Of a stretch of DNA of 64,000 nt, positions 19,892-31,273 are shown piece after piece; the stretch's first letter is position 1, and each line of letters opens with the position of its first letter. The notes beneath the pieces are model-generated. The model made no database searches and was not told the DNA's origin. It saw only the letters and a program-made list of their open reading frames with translations. Both the position numbers and the translations under genes were made by a program. The DNA comes from an uncultured Thermococci archaeon. GTDB lineage: Archaea > Methanobacteriota_B > Thermococci > Methanofastidiosales > B48-G16. Where the stretch lies: positions 28,871-92,870 of the forward strand of contig CAZQQT010000010.1 of NCBI GenBank assembly GCA_964595645.1, given 5' to 3'.

Positions 19892-21805
19892 TTATTTACC
19901 TAACTCCTCCTTCATCTGCTCAATGGCAGCTGAAATTTCATCGACGGAGGCACCGTCCTCAATAGTACTCAAATCACCGAGTTCCTTGCCTTCATAAACA
20001 CTTTTGAGTACACGTCTCATTATCTTTCCACTGCGTGTTTTCGGTAACATTTTGACTATTTCAACTGCCTTTGGTGTGGCTATAGGGCCGACTTTTTCTC
20101 TTACAACCTGAGATATTTCTTTTTTTAACTCTTTCGAGGATTCGTAGCCCTTTTTAAGGACGACAAATGCAATGACAACAGTTCCCTTTATCTTATCTTC
20201 TACACCGACACAGGAGGTCTCAGCTATGGCATCATGGGAAGCAACAGCTTCTTCAATTTCCCGGGTACCCAGTCGGTGTCCTGCGATTTTTATTACCTCA
20301 TCTGCTCGTCCTAAGACCCAAAAGTATCCATCTTCATCCTCGATTGCATAATCTCCCGTATAGTAGAGCTTTTTGTTCGGGAACCTTTCCCAGTACGTTC
20401 TCTTGTACCGTTCATCGTTCCCATAGATCGTCATGAGGTTTCCAGGAGGTAAGGGAGGCCTGGCAACGAGCGTCCCCTTTTCGCCTGGTGGTACTTCTTC
20501 TCCTTGCTCGTTCACGACAAGAAGGTCGTAGCCTACCACAGGTTTTGTAGGGGATCCTGGTTTTATTGGCAGAGACTCAATCCCTGGCATGTTGGAGAGC
20601 ATGGGCCACCCTGATTCCGTTTGCCAGTAGTGGTCGATCACAGGCGCATTGAGTGTTTGGGTAGCCCACCCATAGGTCGATTTGTCCAGTGGTTCACCGG
20701 CCACGAAGAGATAACGGAGTGAAGAAAGATCTCGCTCCCTTATCCATTTCTCTGGATACTTCTTTAGGATTCGTAGGGCAGTGGGGGCGCTAAACATGCA
20801 CGTCACACCGTATTTCTCTACTATCTTCCACCAAATCCCGGGATCGGGATGCACAGGCGTGCCTTCGTACATTATAGTAGGAATACCCAACAATAATGGG
20901 CCGTAGACAATGTAAGAATGACCAACAACCCATCCGATGTCACTCGTTGAGAAATAAACGTCCCGACCAGGTTGACAATCATAGATCTGTTTCATCGAAG
21001 CATGGAGGGCAACCATGTAGCTGCCGGTATCCCTCAATACACCCTTGGGCTTTCCTGTAGTTCCGGAGGTGTAGAGGATATATGAGGGATCGGTACTTTT
21101 CAGTTGCTCCGGTTCTACATACTCCATACTTTTCGTTTCGAGAAGTTCCTTCCAATCAAGATCATTTTCCCTTCTTGGGGCGTCGGGATCCAACTCTCTG
21201 TTCAGAACAACTGTGTGTTCTACTTGCTCGGTAGCCATCTCTAGGGCATCATCAACAATGGGTTTCAACTTGATCACTTTTCCCTTCCGGCTTCCAGCAT
21301 CGCATGTGAGAATCAGTTTTGGGTTGGCGTCGTCAATTCGTTCCGCAAGAGCTTCACGGCTGAATCCGGCAAACACGACGGAATGAATTGCACCAATACG
21401 GACACAGGCAAGCATTGCAATCGCTGCTTCTGGAACCATTGGCATATAGATAATAATGCGGTCACCTTTCTGTACACCGAGATTCTTCAGCACACCGGCA
21501 AATTTATTTACTTCTTTATACAGCTGATAGTACGTGTAAGTACGTGATTGCCCTGTTTCTGGGCTTTCCCATATGAGGGCGGTCGTTTCTCGTTTGTCTC
21601 CGAGTGCGTGTCTATCTACTGCATTGTAACAGAGGTTGGTTTTTCCTCCGACAAACCAGCGGAAAAAAGGGTAGTTACTATCGTCCAGCACGGTGTCCCA
21701 TTCATCGTACCAGTGAAGGTCTTCTGCTTCCTGTTCCCAAAACTCCTGAGGGCAGCTGAGAGAGGATTCATAGGTTTCTTCATATGAATTATATCTCATA
21801 GTCAT
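19892..21805 (-). CDS. prpE: Propionyl-/acetyl-CoA synthetase (AMP-forming)
   Basis: YTSGTTGKPKG, SDIGWVVGHSY, DHYWQTE, PKTRSGKIMRR; prpE versus acs not certain. Confidence 0.8.
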   Translation of the reverse strand: MTMRYNSYEETYESSLSCPQEFWEQEAEDLHWYDEWDTVLDDSNYPFFRWFVGGKTNLCYNAVDRHALGDKRETTALIWESPETGQSRTYTYYQLYKEVNKFAGVLKNLGVQKGDRIIIYMPMVPEAAIAMLACVRIGAIHSVVFAGFSREALAERIDDANPKLILTCDAGSRKGKVIKLKPIVDDALEMATEQVEHTVVLNRELDPDAPRRENDLDWKELLETKSMEYVEPEQLKSTDPSYILYTSGTTGKPKGVLRDTGSYMVALHASMKQIYDCQPGRDVYFSTSDIGWVVGHSYIVYGPLLLGIPTIMYEGTPVHPDPGIWWKIVEKYGVTCMFSAPTALRILKKYPEKWIRERDLSSLRYLFVAGEPLDKSTYGWATQTLNAPVIDHYWQTESGWPMLSNMPGIESLPIKPGSPTKPVVGYDLLVVNEQGEEVPPGEKGTLVARPPLPPGNLMTIYGNDERYKRTYWERFPNKKLYYTGDYAIEDEDGYFWVLGRADEVIKIAGHRLGTREIEEAVASHDAIAETSCVGVEDKIKGTVVIAFVVLKKGYESSKELKKEISQVVREKVGPIATPKAVEIVKMLPKTRSGKIMRRVLKSVYEGKELGDLSTIEDGASVDEISAAIEQMKEELGK

Positions 21806-21820
21806 ACACTATCTGACTTG

Positions 21821-21838
21821 TTTAAATGGACATTTAAA
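21821..21838. promoter_or_regulatory. Inverted repeat, candidate operator overlapping the prpE TATA box
   Basis: TTTAAATG-GA-CATTTAAA about 15 nt upstream of the start codon. Confidence 0.5.
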
Positions 21839-22013
21839 TAGTTTGTTTTACTATATTATTTTTAAAACAGATGTATACTAATTCTTTATTTCAAAATGTA
21901 CTTTTGTAGTTAATAAGTAAGCAAATAGTATATGTTGATGTAGATTCGTCTACTAAGAAATCGCTCTGGAGACAATTTTATTCAGAAAAAAAGAATTAAA
22001 TCCTGGCTGTATG

Positions 22014-22085
22014 AGCCCTGGGCGGGGGTTGAACCCGCGGCCTCACCCTTACCAAGGGCACGCTCTACCACTGAGCCACCAGGGC
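22014..22085 (-). tRNA. tRNA-Thr(GGT)
   Basis: Cloverleaf: acceptor GCCCTGG/CCAGGGC, D arm GCTC/GAGC, anticodon loop TTGGTAA, T arm GCGGG-TTCAACC-CCCGC; U73; CCA not encoded. Confidence 0.96.
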
Positions 22086-22125
22086 ACACTATAGAAAGAT
22101 AACTCCTTCTATAAAAGGTTATCTC

Positions 22126-22866
22126 TCATGCAAAATAGGTGGCGATCCCCGTCTTGAAGGCAAGTACCCAGGCGACACCGACGTCGATAACGCCCTGCAT
22201 CATGTTGAGCCCGATGATAATGTACCACGGGATCCACTCGATTGCTGTTTCTGTGGGCATCCCAAAAAACATGGGAATTGCGAAGTAGTAATTGATTATC
22301 GTCGTCGTGATCCCCCGGACGAGCAATGCCAGAAGGAGCGTACCGAGAAGAAGTGGTATCTGTTTGAAGATACTCACACCTTCGAACTCATAACTTCGGG
22401 TCAAAAGCCAGAAACTTAGATAAAATACGATGGAGGAAACTGCCACGAGAATTCGTGAGACTATTTCTTTATCATGAAGCAAAATAAAAAAACTTCCAAA
22501 AAGCACAATAAGTGCAACGATACATATGAAAACACCTGTTAAAGTAAGTAAACGTTCTTTTTGTGCGTTTTTTTTCAATTTTAACGTCATAACTGTAGGA
22601 ATAATAAACATCGGAACAGTAGCCATCCATTTCATGGTGGCACCAATGAAGCCTGTGGGCGCAACAATGGAAATAATAAAGAACATCACGAGACTTGTTT
22701 CCAGCGCTACTTTAAATCCAAAGAGGAAGAAGGCGAGTAGGAGAGGGACAGCTACAAGATCAATCCTCATACCCCACTGCGTGGGAATATAGAGAGGGGA
22801 GATCTGAAGTACAGTTGAGATGGCGGCGAACAGTGCGACGATAGTAATCTCATTGATTCGTTTCAT
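22126..22866 (-). CDS. ECF transporter S-component-like protein with extra TM insertion
   Basis: ALFAAISTVLQ...RIDLVAVP.LL..FLFG; INYYFAIP; IIGLN..QG. Confidence 0.7.
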   Translation of the reverse strand: MKRINEITIVALFAAISTVLQISPLYIPTQWGMRIDLVAVPLLLAFFLFGFKVALETSLVMFFIISIVAPTGFIGATMKWMATVPMFIIPTVMTLKLKKNAQKERLLTLTGVFICIVALIVLFGSFFILLHDKEIVSRILVAVSSIVFYLSFWLLTRSYEFEGVSIFKQIPLLLGTLLLALLVRGITTTIINYYFAIPMFFGMPTETAIEWIPWYIIIGLNMMQGVIDVGVAWVLAFKTGIATYFA

Positions 22867-22906
22867 GAGTAAGAAATTGGTAGATTACTTAAAAGGTTTT
22901 CCATTT

Positions 22907-23389
22907 CTACTCATTTTTAAGTATTTTACCGACGGTTCTGTACAGGAGTAGTGCCAATACAATTCCAAATCCCGCTTGGAAGATATTTCCCGGGAGCTCG
23001 GCAATCGCCGGGCCTACTCCATAAAGCACGATCTCCACAAGAAAATACCCGAGGACCATCTCAGATCCTCCTACTATCAACGCGAGTATTTCATTCTTTT
23101 CAGCGAGTTTCCCGACTAGGAGACCCTCTACTCCTTTTATCACAAGAGTAAAAGGCGCCCAGTTTCCAAATCCTCCAATTAAATCTGCCAACGCCGATCC
23201 GATACCCCCTGCAAACCCACCAACTCTGAATCCAAAACAGAGTGCAGAGAAAAAGATCATCGAGTCCCCAATATTGATATACCCCTTTGTCTGTGGGATT
23301 GGGATTCGGATAATGAGTGTACCTACACAGACCAGTGCGGCCATCACACCTGCGAGTGCTATCTCTGTCGACTTCCTCTTTAGCATCAT
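22907..23389 (-). CDS. ECF transporter S component
   Basis: AALVCVGT, GYINIGD, GIGSALADL, WAPFTLVIKG, GNIFQ. Confidence 0.88.
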   Translation of the reverse strand: MMLKRKSTEIALAGVMAALVCVGTLIIRIPIPQTKGYINIGDSMIFFSALCFGFRVGGFAGGIGSALADLIGGFGNWAPFTLVIKGVEGLLVGKLAEKNEILALIVGGSEMVLGYFLVEIVLYGVGPAIAELPGNIFQAGFGIVLALLLYRTVGKILKNE

Positions 23390-23434
23390 AACTATTCAAG
23401 TTAATACTTGTATATAAAGTTTTCCCTTGCACAG

Positions 23435-24537
23435 TTACGATTTTATAGCGGTGAGCACTATCTCTTTGTTTTCGCGGATCACCTGGGCAGTAAGATCCCT
23501 ATCATTTCCGGCCATCACAAAGATTTTTTGGCCCGCAGTAAAAATATTTTTTACTGAAAATACATTGTAGGCACCGTCCGTTCTGAGGTACGCGATAGAA
23601 TCGGGATCCAGTACTTGACTCACGATATATCCTACTCCGGAGTACGCATCCGGACCCCCCAAAATGATTATGTTATGTTCGTTCTCGTAGGAGTCAAATT
23701 CATTGGGAAAAATCCTCTTTACCTCTATTTTGTTACTTTCTAAAAAGTATTTGAACCGCTCACCCTCCAGATACCAATCTATCGAATTGGATAATATAAA
23801 TGCCTTTATTCTTTCCACAGTGATGGTGCGTGTTGCGGAGTTATTAGTTTCATCCTGTTCATCTACCATCTCCCGAAGATCCACTGTTACGGTGATGTCT
23901 ATTTCTCCTTCGAATTTCGGGGTCCAATAGGTGAAAACAGATTTAAATCCACCGGGATCAAGAGATGTTATTTCTCTCTCGTCTAGAAGCGTATTTCCTT
24001 CATAAAATCCAACCCTGAACGATTTGGCTGTGGAAGTTTCACCGATGTTCTTTATCTCTGCTGATATCTGTATCTCTTCCTCTACCTTTGGCGTCGGGTT
24101 TGAAAGTGTAATCTCGGTAACTGTGAGATCTGATGCCTGCACATGAAGTATTTTTCCTGCTTGATTGTTCTCTTCATTACTTTCTTTAATTGCGTTATTA
24201 GGATCAACGATCGCTGTGAACAGGTAATCTCCAAATGAGAGCCCGCTGACATGGATTTCTATAGTTGTTGTCTCATTTGCAGGACAGTCTTTTTTTGTGG
24301 TGGCCTGATGTTCAACGATATCCGTTTCCACATTTTTAAGAGCGTACCGTACCTCAACGCCGTATTTTGTGATGTTACTTTTGTTTATTATGTTAATATA
24401 CAAGATTACCGAGCTTCCAGCAATGAGTTTTTCTCCCCGAAGATCGTCATCTGTCACTTCGAGATCGGGGAGTTCGTCGCTGTGCCCAGGAATCATCGAG
24501 AGAAGTATAAAAAAGATAAGAAAAAGAGATATTTTTC

Positions 24538-24541
<4 letters not shown>
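23435..24541 (-). CDS. Secreted tandem-CARDB protein with C-terminal S-layer-like domain
   Basis: Signal peptide; PDL...DPNNAIKESNEENN-type motif twice; ILGGPDAYSGVG...AGNDR. Confidence 0.78.
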
Positions 24542-25919
<1,378 letters not shown>

Positions 25920-26231
25920 CTATATTTTCGCTCCACAGAACCGACAAAACTTTGCCTGCTTATCTATCTCCTTCCCACATTTTTTGCAGTGTTTTGTGTC
26001 TTTCTCGGAGACTTCTTCATCTGCAGGAGGTGTAGGTATTTCTTTCTCTGGAGTTTCTAAAAGTTCTAATTTTTTAGATACGATCTTCTTCACCGTTGAA
26101 TTGAATTTCTTCTCTATTTCTGGTTTTATCTTTTTTTCCGTTTCCGCTAGAACTTCTTTTCTAACACTCTCATCCAGAATCTTTACAAAATCTGGTATTT
26201 CCAACGTTATCTGGAATTCTTCCTTTGTCAT
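25920..26231 (-). CDS. Zinc-ribbon domain protein
   Basis: C-terminal CKKCG...AKFCRFCGAKI; RBS GGAGG. Confidence 0.7.
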   Translation of the reverse strand: MTKEEFQITLEIPDFVKILDESVRKEVLAETEKKIKPEIEKKFNSTVKKIVSKKLELLETPEKEIPTPPADEEVSEKDTKHCKKCGKEIDKQAKFCRFCGAKI

Positions 26232-26286
26232 GCTATCTCCTCCTTATAAATAAGGCATGTATTCCTTATATATTTTTCTTAGAAAA

Positions 26287-26345
26287 GATCATCAGTCCGC
26301 CCATCTCTCATCATTCATCAGACGCTGTCGATATCATCATCGATC
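26287..26345 (-). ncRNA. Box C/D methylation-guide sRNA
   Basis: Minus strand GATCG-ATGATGA(C)-TATCGACAGCGT-CTGA(D')-TGA-ATGATGA(C')-GAGATGGGCGGA-CTGA(D)-TGATC; two 12-nt guides; terminal GATC stem. Confidence 0.9.
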
Positions 26346-26635
26346 TTTTAAGAAAGTGATCATCGGAGGTATAAAAAGATTGTGGCATGATCTGGGTAGT
26401 TACTGCAGGAGGTGTCAGAGACAACTATTTCAGCGATTTAACTCACAGAAGCTTGTTCTGTAATTATAACACTCTATTCAGAAAGTGTAATATGTTTACC
26501 CTCTTTTTAAACCTGGTAACGTATTTTCAGTTTTCGTATCGGAGTTTTTTTATATGAACATATAAATTTTTTAGCTTACCAAAAAGCTTTTAAATGCTAA
26601 CATACTATAATATACACAGCATATTTGCCTGAAAA

Positions 26636-26914
26636 ATGGGGTGGAATGTATGGATAGAAAGAAAAAAGGTAGGAATTGTGGTGGTGCTGTTGATGGTAGT
26701 TTTTGCTATAGTGGTGTTACCGTTGAATGCGTATGCACTTAGAGGAAAAGAACAGAGAATATTCGATTTTCATACTGTGACAACTCCGGTACTGCGAATG
26801 ATTCCGATATTTGTCTCGATGATTGTGTGCGGGATCATCGCGGATTACCTGGGTAAACGAAGAGGGTATCTTCCGTTTGTGCAGGTAGAGAAATATACAA
26901 ATAAGAAGGAGTAA
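26636..26914 (+). CDS. Small hypothetical membrane protein (2 TM)
   Basis: Two hydrophobic stretches; upstream BRE/TATA-like AAAAAGCTTTTAAA. Confidence 0.5.
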   Translation: MGWNVWIERKKVGIVVVLLMVVFAIVVLPLNAYALRGKEQRIFDFHTVTTPVLRMIPIFVSMIVCGIIADYLGKRRGYLPFVQVEKYTNKKE

Positions 26915-26986
26915 ACTTTTGTACCAGGTATACAAGAAAACCTTAAAATACATGACGTTCTCTATAGTATAGAAGGAGGGTTTCAA

Positions 26987-27775
26987 ATGATCGATCTCAG
27001 TTCCATGAAAAAAATAACAGAAGGAAAAACAAAGGCAGTGCATGAAAATCTCGAAGACAAAAAAACGGTCTACATGTACTTTAAAGATGATATCACAGCA
27101 GGAGATGGATTAAAACATGATGTAATTGAGGGTAAGGCGTTGATCAACTGGAAAATAAATAGGAATATTTTCGAGTATCTCGAGAGAAAGGGGATCACGA
27201 CACATTACATCGCAAGTCCACAGGAACAGGTGGCACTCGTGAAGAGGCTCGATAGGAAAATCAACCTTGAGGTCGTGAGTAGGAGAGTTGCCACTGGATC
27301 CATTCTTGGATGGGGAGACGTTGAGGAAGGAACGAGGTTTGATCCGGTCATTACCCAGTTCCACTACAAAGATGATCCGCTTCATGATCCTATGCTCGAC
27401 GATACGTATGTGAATTACATCATCGAAGAGAAGGGAGGAACAGAGTACGCAAAAATGCGGGAGATGAATGTCGAGGTGTTCGAATGTCTTGAGGATGCCT
27501 TCGCGCAGTTCAGCATACAGCTTATTGACATGAAACTTGAGTATGGGATTATTGATGGGGAGGTGTATCTCATCGATGAGATTACCGGAGGCTCGTTCCG
27601 ATTATGGCCCTACGCCCATGAAAATTCCGATCTCGACAAAGAGAATGTATTGAACGAACTCGATCCGAATGGACGCCTTGACAAGGATATCTACAGAAAA
27701 GGTGGCGATTTTGAGAAAATAAAGACAAAATTTGGAAAAATCGCAGAAATAACATCACATTTTAAGGAATTATAG
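26987..27775 (+). CDS. purC: SAICAR synthetase
   Basis: EGKTK, FKDDITAGDG, LEVVSR..ATGS, YKDD..HDP, DMKLEYG, DEI, LDKD.YR. Confidence 0.93.
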   Translation: MIDLSSMKKITEGKTKAVHENLEDKKTVYMYFKDDITAGDGLKHDVIEGKALINWKINRNIFEYLERKGITTHYIASPQEQVALVKRLDRKINLEVVSRRVATGSILGWGDVEEGTRFDPVITQFHYKDDPLHDPMLDDTYVNYIIEEKGGTEYAKMREMNVEVFECLEDAFAQFSIQLIDMKLEYGIIDGEVYLIDEITGGSFRLWPYAHENSDLDKENVLNELDPNGRLDKDIYRKGGDFEKIKTKFGKIAEITSHFKEL

Positions 27776-27784
27776 GAGAAATCC

Positions 27785-28267
27785 ATGGCGAAATACCATA
27801 TGTACAAGAAGGAACGGGAGATCACGGATCGAGATACACTAATCACGATACTTTCACAGGGGAAGTACACGACACTATCGTTGTGTAGGGATGATGAACC
27901 GTATATAGTTACACTCAGCTACGGTTATGATAGAGAGAATAATGCGATCTACTTCCACACCGCACAAAAGGGATTGAAACTGGGGTTTATACGGTATAAT
28001 CCGATGGTATGCGGAACAGTCATTGAAGATAAAGGCTATATATCGGGGAAGTGTGCACACGCGTACCGTTCACTTGTCTTCTGGGGCACAATGCATGTAA
28101 TAGAAGAGCTCGATGAGAAAAAACATGCGATGGACGTACTGATCCACCATCTCGAGGAGAACCCTAAGCCCATTAGAAAAAAAAATTTACAGAACGACGA
28201 CGCATACGAAAATGTGGGCATACTGAGACTGGACATCGAGGAGATGACCGGAAAAGCGGGACAGTAG
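27785..28267 (+). CDS. Pyridoxamine 5'-phosphate oxidase-like (NimA-type) flavin-binding protein
   Basis: PYIVTLSYGY, YFHTA..G.K, YRSLVFWG, MTGK. Confidence 0.85.
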   Translation: MAKYHMYKKEREITDRDTLITILSQGKYTTLSLCRDDEPYIVTLSYGYDRENNAIYFHTAQKGLKLGFIRYNPMVCGTVIEDKGYISGKCAHAYRSLVFWGTMHVIEELDEKKHAMDVLIHHLEENPKPIRKKNLQNDDAYENVGILRLDIEEMTGKAGQ

Positions 28268-28274
28268 TACCAAG

Positions 28275-28820
28275 TTATACATCACACACGTGCTTAAAAT
28301 CTTCAAGAAGTGTCGGCATCATATTGGGATTGTAGACGGCTGCAGCAGGATGATAAAGCGGGAGTATCCTCATGCTTCCAAGGAGATTCTGGACTTCAAA
28401 GATCTCTCCGTGGATTTTTCCAATGCTTTTAGGAGTCAACCCAAAGTTCTTGAGGATATACTGTGTTGCGAAGTTGCCGAGAGTACATATTTTCTTCGGC
28501 GTTATCTCCTCTATTTGCCTATTGAGATAGGGAGTACACGCCTTTATCTCGTTGGGATTTGGATCTCTATTTTTCGGCGGCCTACATTTCAAAATGTTTG
28601 TGATATACATCTTTTCTCGTTCAAGACCGATGGAATCGAGTAACTCATCCAGTATTTTGCCCGCTTTTCCCACAAACGGTCGCCCCTGTTTGTCTTCGTG
28701 GTAACCTGGGGCCTCTCCAATAAACATGATATCTGCATCCAACGATCCCTCTCCTACTACAATGTTGGTCCTCGTTTTCCACAGGTCACACCGTTGACAG
28801 TCTTGTATCTCATCATCCAT
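28275..28820 (-). CDS. Family 4 uracil-DNA glycosylase
   Basis: CQRCDL, GEAPG..ED..GRPFVG, KCRPP.NRDP, HPAA. Confidence 0.93.
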   Translation of the reverse strand: MDDEIQDCQRCDLWKTRTNIVVGEGSLDADIMFIGEAPGYHEDKQGRPFVGKAGKILDELLDSIGLEREKMYITNILKCRPPKNRDPNPNEIKACTPYLNRQIEEITPKKICTLGNFATQYILKNFGLTPKSIGKIHGEIFEVQNLLGSMRILPLYHPAAAVYNPNMMPTLLEDFKHVCDV

Positions 28821-28852
28821 ACTCTGTATATGGCAAACGATTATAAAAATAT

Positions 28853-29713
28853 ATGACCATCCTATACCGTGATCAAATGAAAGAGAACATTCCGATCTAC
28901 CAGGTAGATGCTTTCACGAGCTCTCCCTTTGCCGGCAACCCAGCTGCTGTATGTCTACTGTCTCAAACTTCCGCGTATGACGATCATATCTTTCAATCGA
29001 TTGCGGCTGAAATGAACCTCTCAGAGACAGCGTTTGTCGTACCACAAGAAAAAAAATCATTGAAAGACACACAAAAATTTTCTTTACGATGGTTTACACC
29101 AAAAACAGAAGTACTCCTCTGCGGTCACGCAACACTTGCTACTGCCGCTGTATTGTTTTACGATATCGGCGTTACGACGGAAACAATTGAGTTTGACACA
29201 GTAAGTGGGATAGTTAGTGCAAAAAAAGAGGATTCTGGTGTTCTCATTGATTTTCCGCGGGACGATCCACTATCTCTCGATCTTCCAGAGAGTCTCTTTG
29301 AAGCGTTGGGGGCGGTCGAGTGTGAAGATGCACGTTACGCTGAAAGGACAAAAAAGCTCCTTCTCCGTCTGCCCGATGAAGAGGACGTGGTTACTCTTAC
29401 ACCCGATTTTGTGGCTTTGGAATCTGCTGAGATGAACAGAGAGGTGAGAGGTGTCATTGCAACCTCCACGAGTCAACAGTATGATTTTGTCTCTCGATAT
29501 TTTGCTCCATGGATCGGTATCAACGAAGATCCCGTTACCGGATCAGCACACACTGTGTTGGCACCGTACTGGTCGGAAATACTGGAGAAACAGGAAATGA
29601 ATGCATACCAGGCTTCTCCACGCGGAGGAGAGCTTACAGTACGGTTAAAGGATGAACGAGTAGACATCATCGGTAATGCTGTTATCGTAATGAAAGGAGA
29701 GTTGTATCTGTGA
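28853..29713 (+). CDS. PhzF-family epimerase
   Basis: VDAF...FAGNPA, EMNLSETAF, LCGHATLA, EDPVTGSAH; start may be 28877. Confidence 0.92.
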   Translation: MTILYRDQMKENIPIYQVDAFTSSPFAGNPAAVCLLSQTSAYDDHIFQSIAAEMNLSETAFVVPQEKKSLKDTQKFSLRWFTPKTEVLLCGHATLATAAVLFYDIGVTTETIEFDTVSGIVSAKKEDSGVLIDFPRDDPLSLDLPESLFEALGAVECEDARYAERTKKLLLRLPDEEDVVTLTPDFVALESAEMNREVRGVIATSTSQQYDFVSRYFAPWIGINEDPVTGSAHTVLAPYWSEILEKQEMNAYQASPRGGELTVRLKDERVDIIGNAVIVMKGELYL

Positions 29714-29764
29714 GAGGAAACCCCACTTCAAAACACTTTTATACCATTGCATACCATTCCACGT

Positions 29765-30298
29765 ATGGAACGAGAAGGACTTGATGTAGTAGCGAAGCTA
29801 ATGGCTGTTGCCGGTAGAACAGCGCCAAAGGCAAAGGGAAACGATTTCATTGTGATAAAAGCTCTCAATGAGAAAGAAAAAAAACAACTTGCCGAAGAAA
29901 TGAGAAAAACAAGTGAAAAGATAGGGTTCAAATTTTTCCTCCGCGATGCTAATAATGTCGAAGATTCCGATAAAATCGTGCTCGTTGGAGTCAAAGGAAA
30001 GGAAACAGCAGGTCTTGACTGCAAAGCTTGTGGATTCACCTGTGAAGAGAATGAAAAGACACTTGTGGAGGGGTATGGATACAAAGGGCCACTGTGTGCA
30101 TTACGTCTCACCGATTTGGGAATCGCGTTGGGCTCGATGGTAAAAACTGCCAATGATCTCTGTGTGGATAACAGAGTCATGTTCTCCATTGGTATCGGCG
30201 CGATAAACGCTGGACTGATCGATACCGAAATTGCTTTTGGCATCCCGCTCTCCGTCAAGGGAAAGAGTATCTACTTTGATAGAAAACGCCAAAAATGA
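29765..30298 (+). CDS. DUF2148 ferredoxin-like domain protein
   Basis: RTAPKAKG, CKACGF.C, DLGIALGS, DNRVM, KSIYFDR; start moved to ATG 29765. Confidence 0.82.
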   Translation: MEREGLDVVAKLMAVAGRTAPKAKGNDFIVIKALNEKEKKQLAEEMRKTSEKIGFKFFLRDANNVEDSDKIVLVGVKGKETAGLDCKACGFTCEENEKTLVEGYGYKGPLCALRLTDLGIALGSMVKTANDLCVDNRVMFSIGIGAINAGLIDTEIAFGIPLSVKGKSIYFDRKRQK

Positions 30299-30336
30299 CA
30301 AAAGTTTTTTATAGGCGGCCAGTATAAGGGAAAAAC

Positions 30337-31272
30337 ATGAGAAAAATCGCATGTTTAGTAATCTTATCGGCATTCATTTTGACAGCTGGATGTATCTCTA
30401 GCGATGAATCACCACAACCACAGGAAGAAACGAAGGTAGTTGAGGCAGGAGATGTTGTAACAATCCATTTCATCGCTTGGGAAAAAGAGACGGGTGCAGT
30501 GTTTGAGACAAGTATTGCAGATGTCAATGCAACAAAAGAGATAGAGTTAGATGGAAGTCATGAACATAGCGCAATGAAAGTGACAGTGAAGGCGGCTAAC
30601 CCCGCGCCCGGGACCGTGCAGACACTTCCAGGGCTTGAAGAAGCATTAATGGGCATGAAAGTAGGTGAGAAAAAAACAGTAGAGATCCCCCCTGCAAAAG
30701 CCTATGGCAAGGCTGATGAAGAGCAGATAAAGAAATTGAAAAAGGAACTAAAAATACCTCGAAAATATACAGAGAATATTGTTACAGAAATAGATTATAA
30801 GGTATTCCAGCAGATGGTGGAGAAAAAGGATGTAAAAGCAGGAGAAACAGTCATGTTTGCAGACTGGTGGGAAGTGGAGATTCTTGATATTACACAGGAT
30901 TCCGTAAAAATACAACACCATCCAACTGCAGACAAAGTGATCACAACGTCCTACGGCCCTTATAAGGTTACAGAGATCACGGAAGAGCAGATACATTTGG
31001 AGTTTGCGTTGGGCGAAGGGGAAAAATATCAATCTCCCAGATTTAAAGCTGTGGTAAAGGAAATCAAAGAAGACCATATTGTAGTAGAGCTGGATTATAA
31101 GTTAGGAGAAACTGTGCCCAATACACTCCCTGAGTGTTCTACATGTTTTACCTTTGGAAAAGTCACTGAAGTCACCGATGAATACATCACCGTGGATTTC
31201 AACATGCCGCTAAAAGGAAAAACAGTTGTGTTCAACGTAAAGGTTGTAGATATAGAGAAAGTTGGAGGATAA
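30337..31272 (+). CDS. Lipoprotein FKBP/SlyD-type peptidyl-prolyl isomerase with expanded insert domain
   Basis: Lipobox TAGC; GDVVTIHF, FETS, GLEEALMGMKVGEKKTVEIPPAKAYG, DFNMPLKGK. Confidence 0.85.
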   Translation: MRKIACLVILSAFILTAGCISSDESPQPQEETKVVEAGDVVTIHFIAWEKETGAVFETSIADVNATKEIELDGSHEHSAMKVTVKAANPAPGTVQTLPGLEEALMGMKVGEKKTVEIPPAKAYGKADEEQIKKLKKELKIPRKYTENIVTEIDYKVFQQMVEKKDVKAGETVMFADWWEVEILDITQDSVKIQHHPTADKVITTSYGPYKVTEITEEQIHLEFALGEGEKYQSPRFKAVVKEIKEDHIVVELDYKLGETVPNTLPECSTCFTFGKVTEVTDEYITVDFNMPLKGKTVVFNVKVVDIEKVGG

Positions 31273-31273
31273 C

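Noticed and set aside
22043-22060. Two G-U pairs in the tRNA anticodon stem suggesting a pseudo-tRNA
   Set aside because: All other arms and conserved bases are canonical
22014-22085. tRNA-Thr as an integration site for an island
   Set aside because: No integrase and no duplicated tRNA 3' end seen; flanking genes are housekeeping
26257-26463. 68-aa ORF on the + strand
   Set aside because: Antisense to the box C/D RNA, with no recognisable protein features
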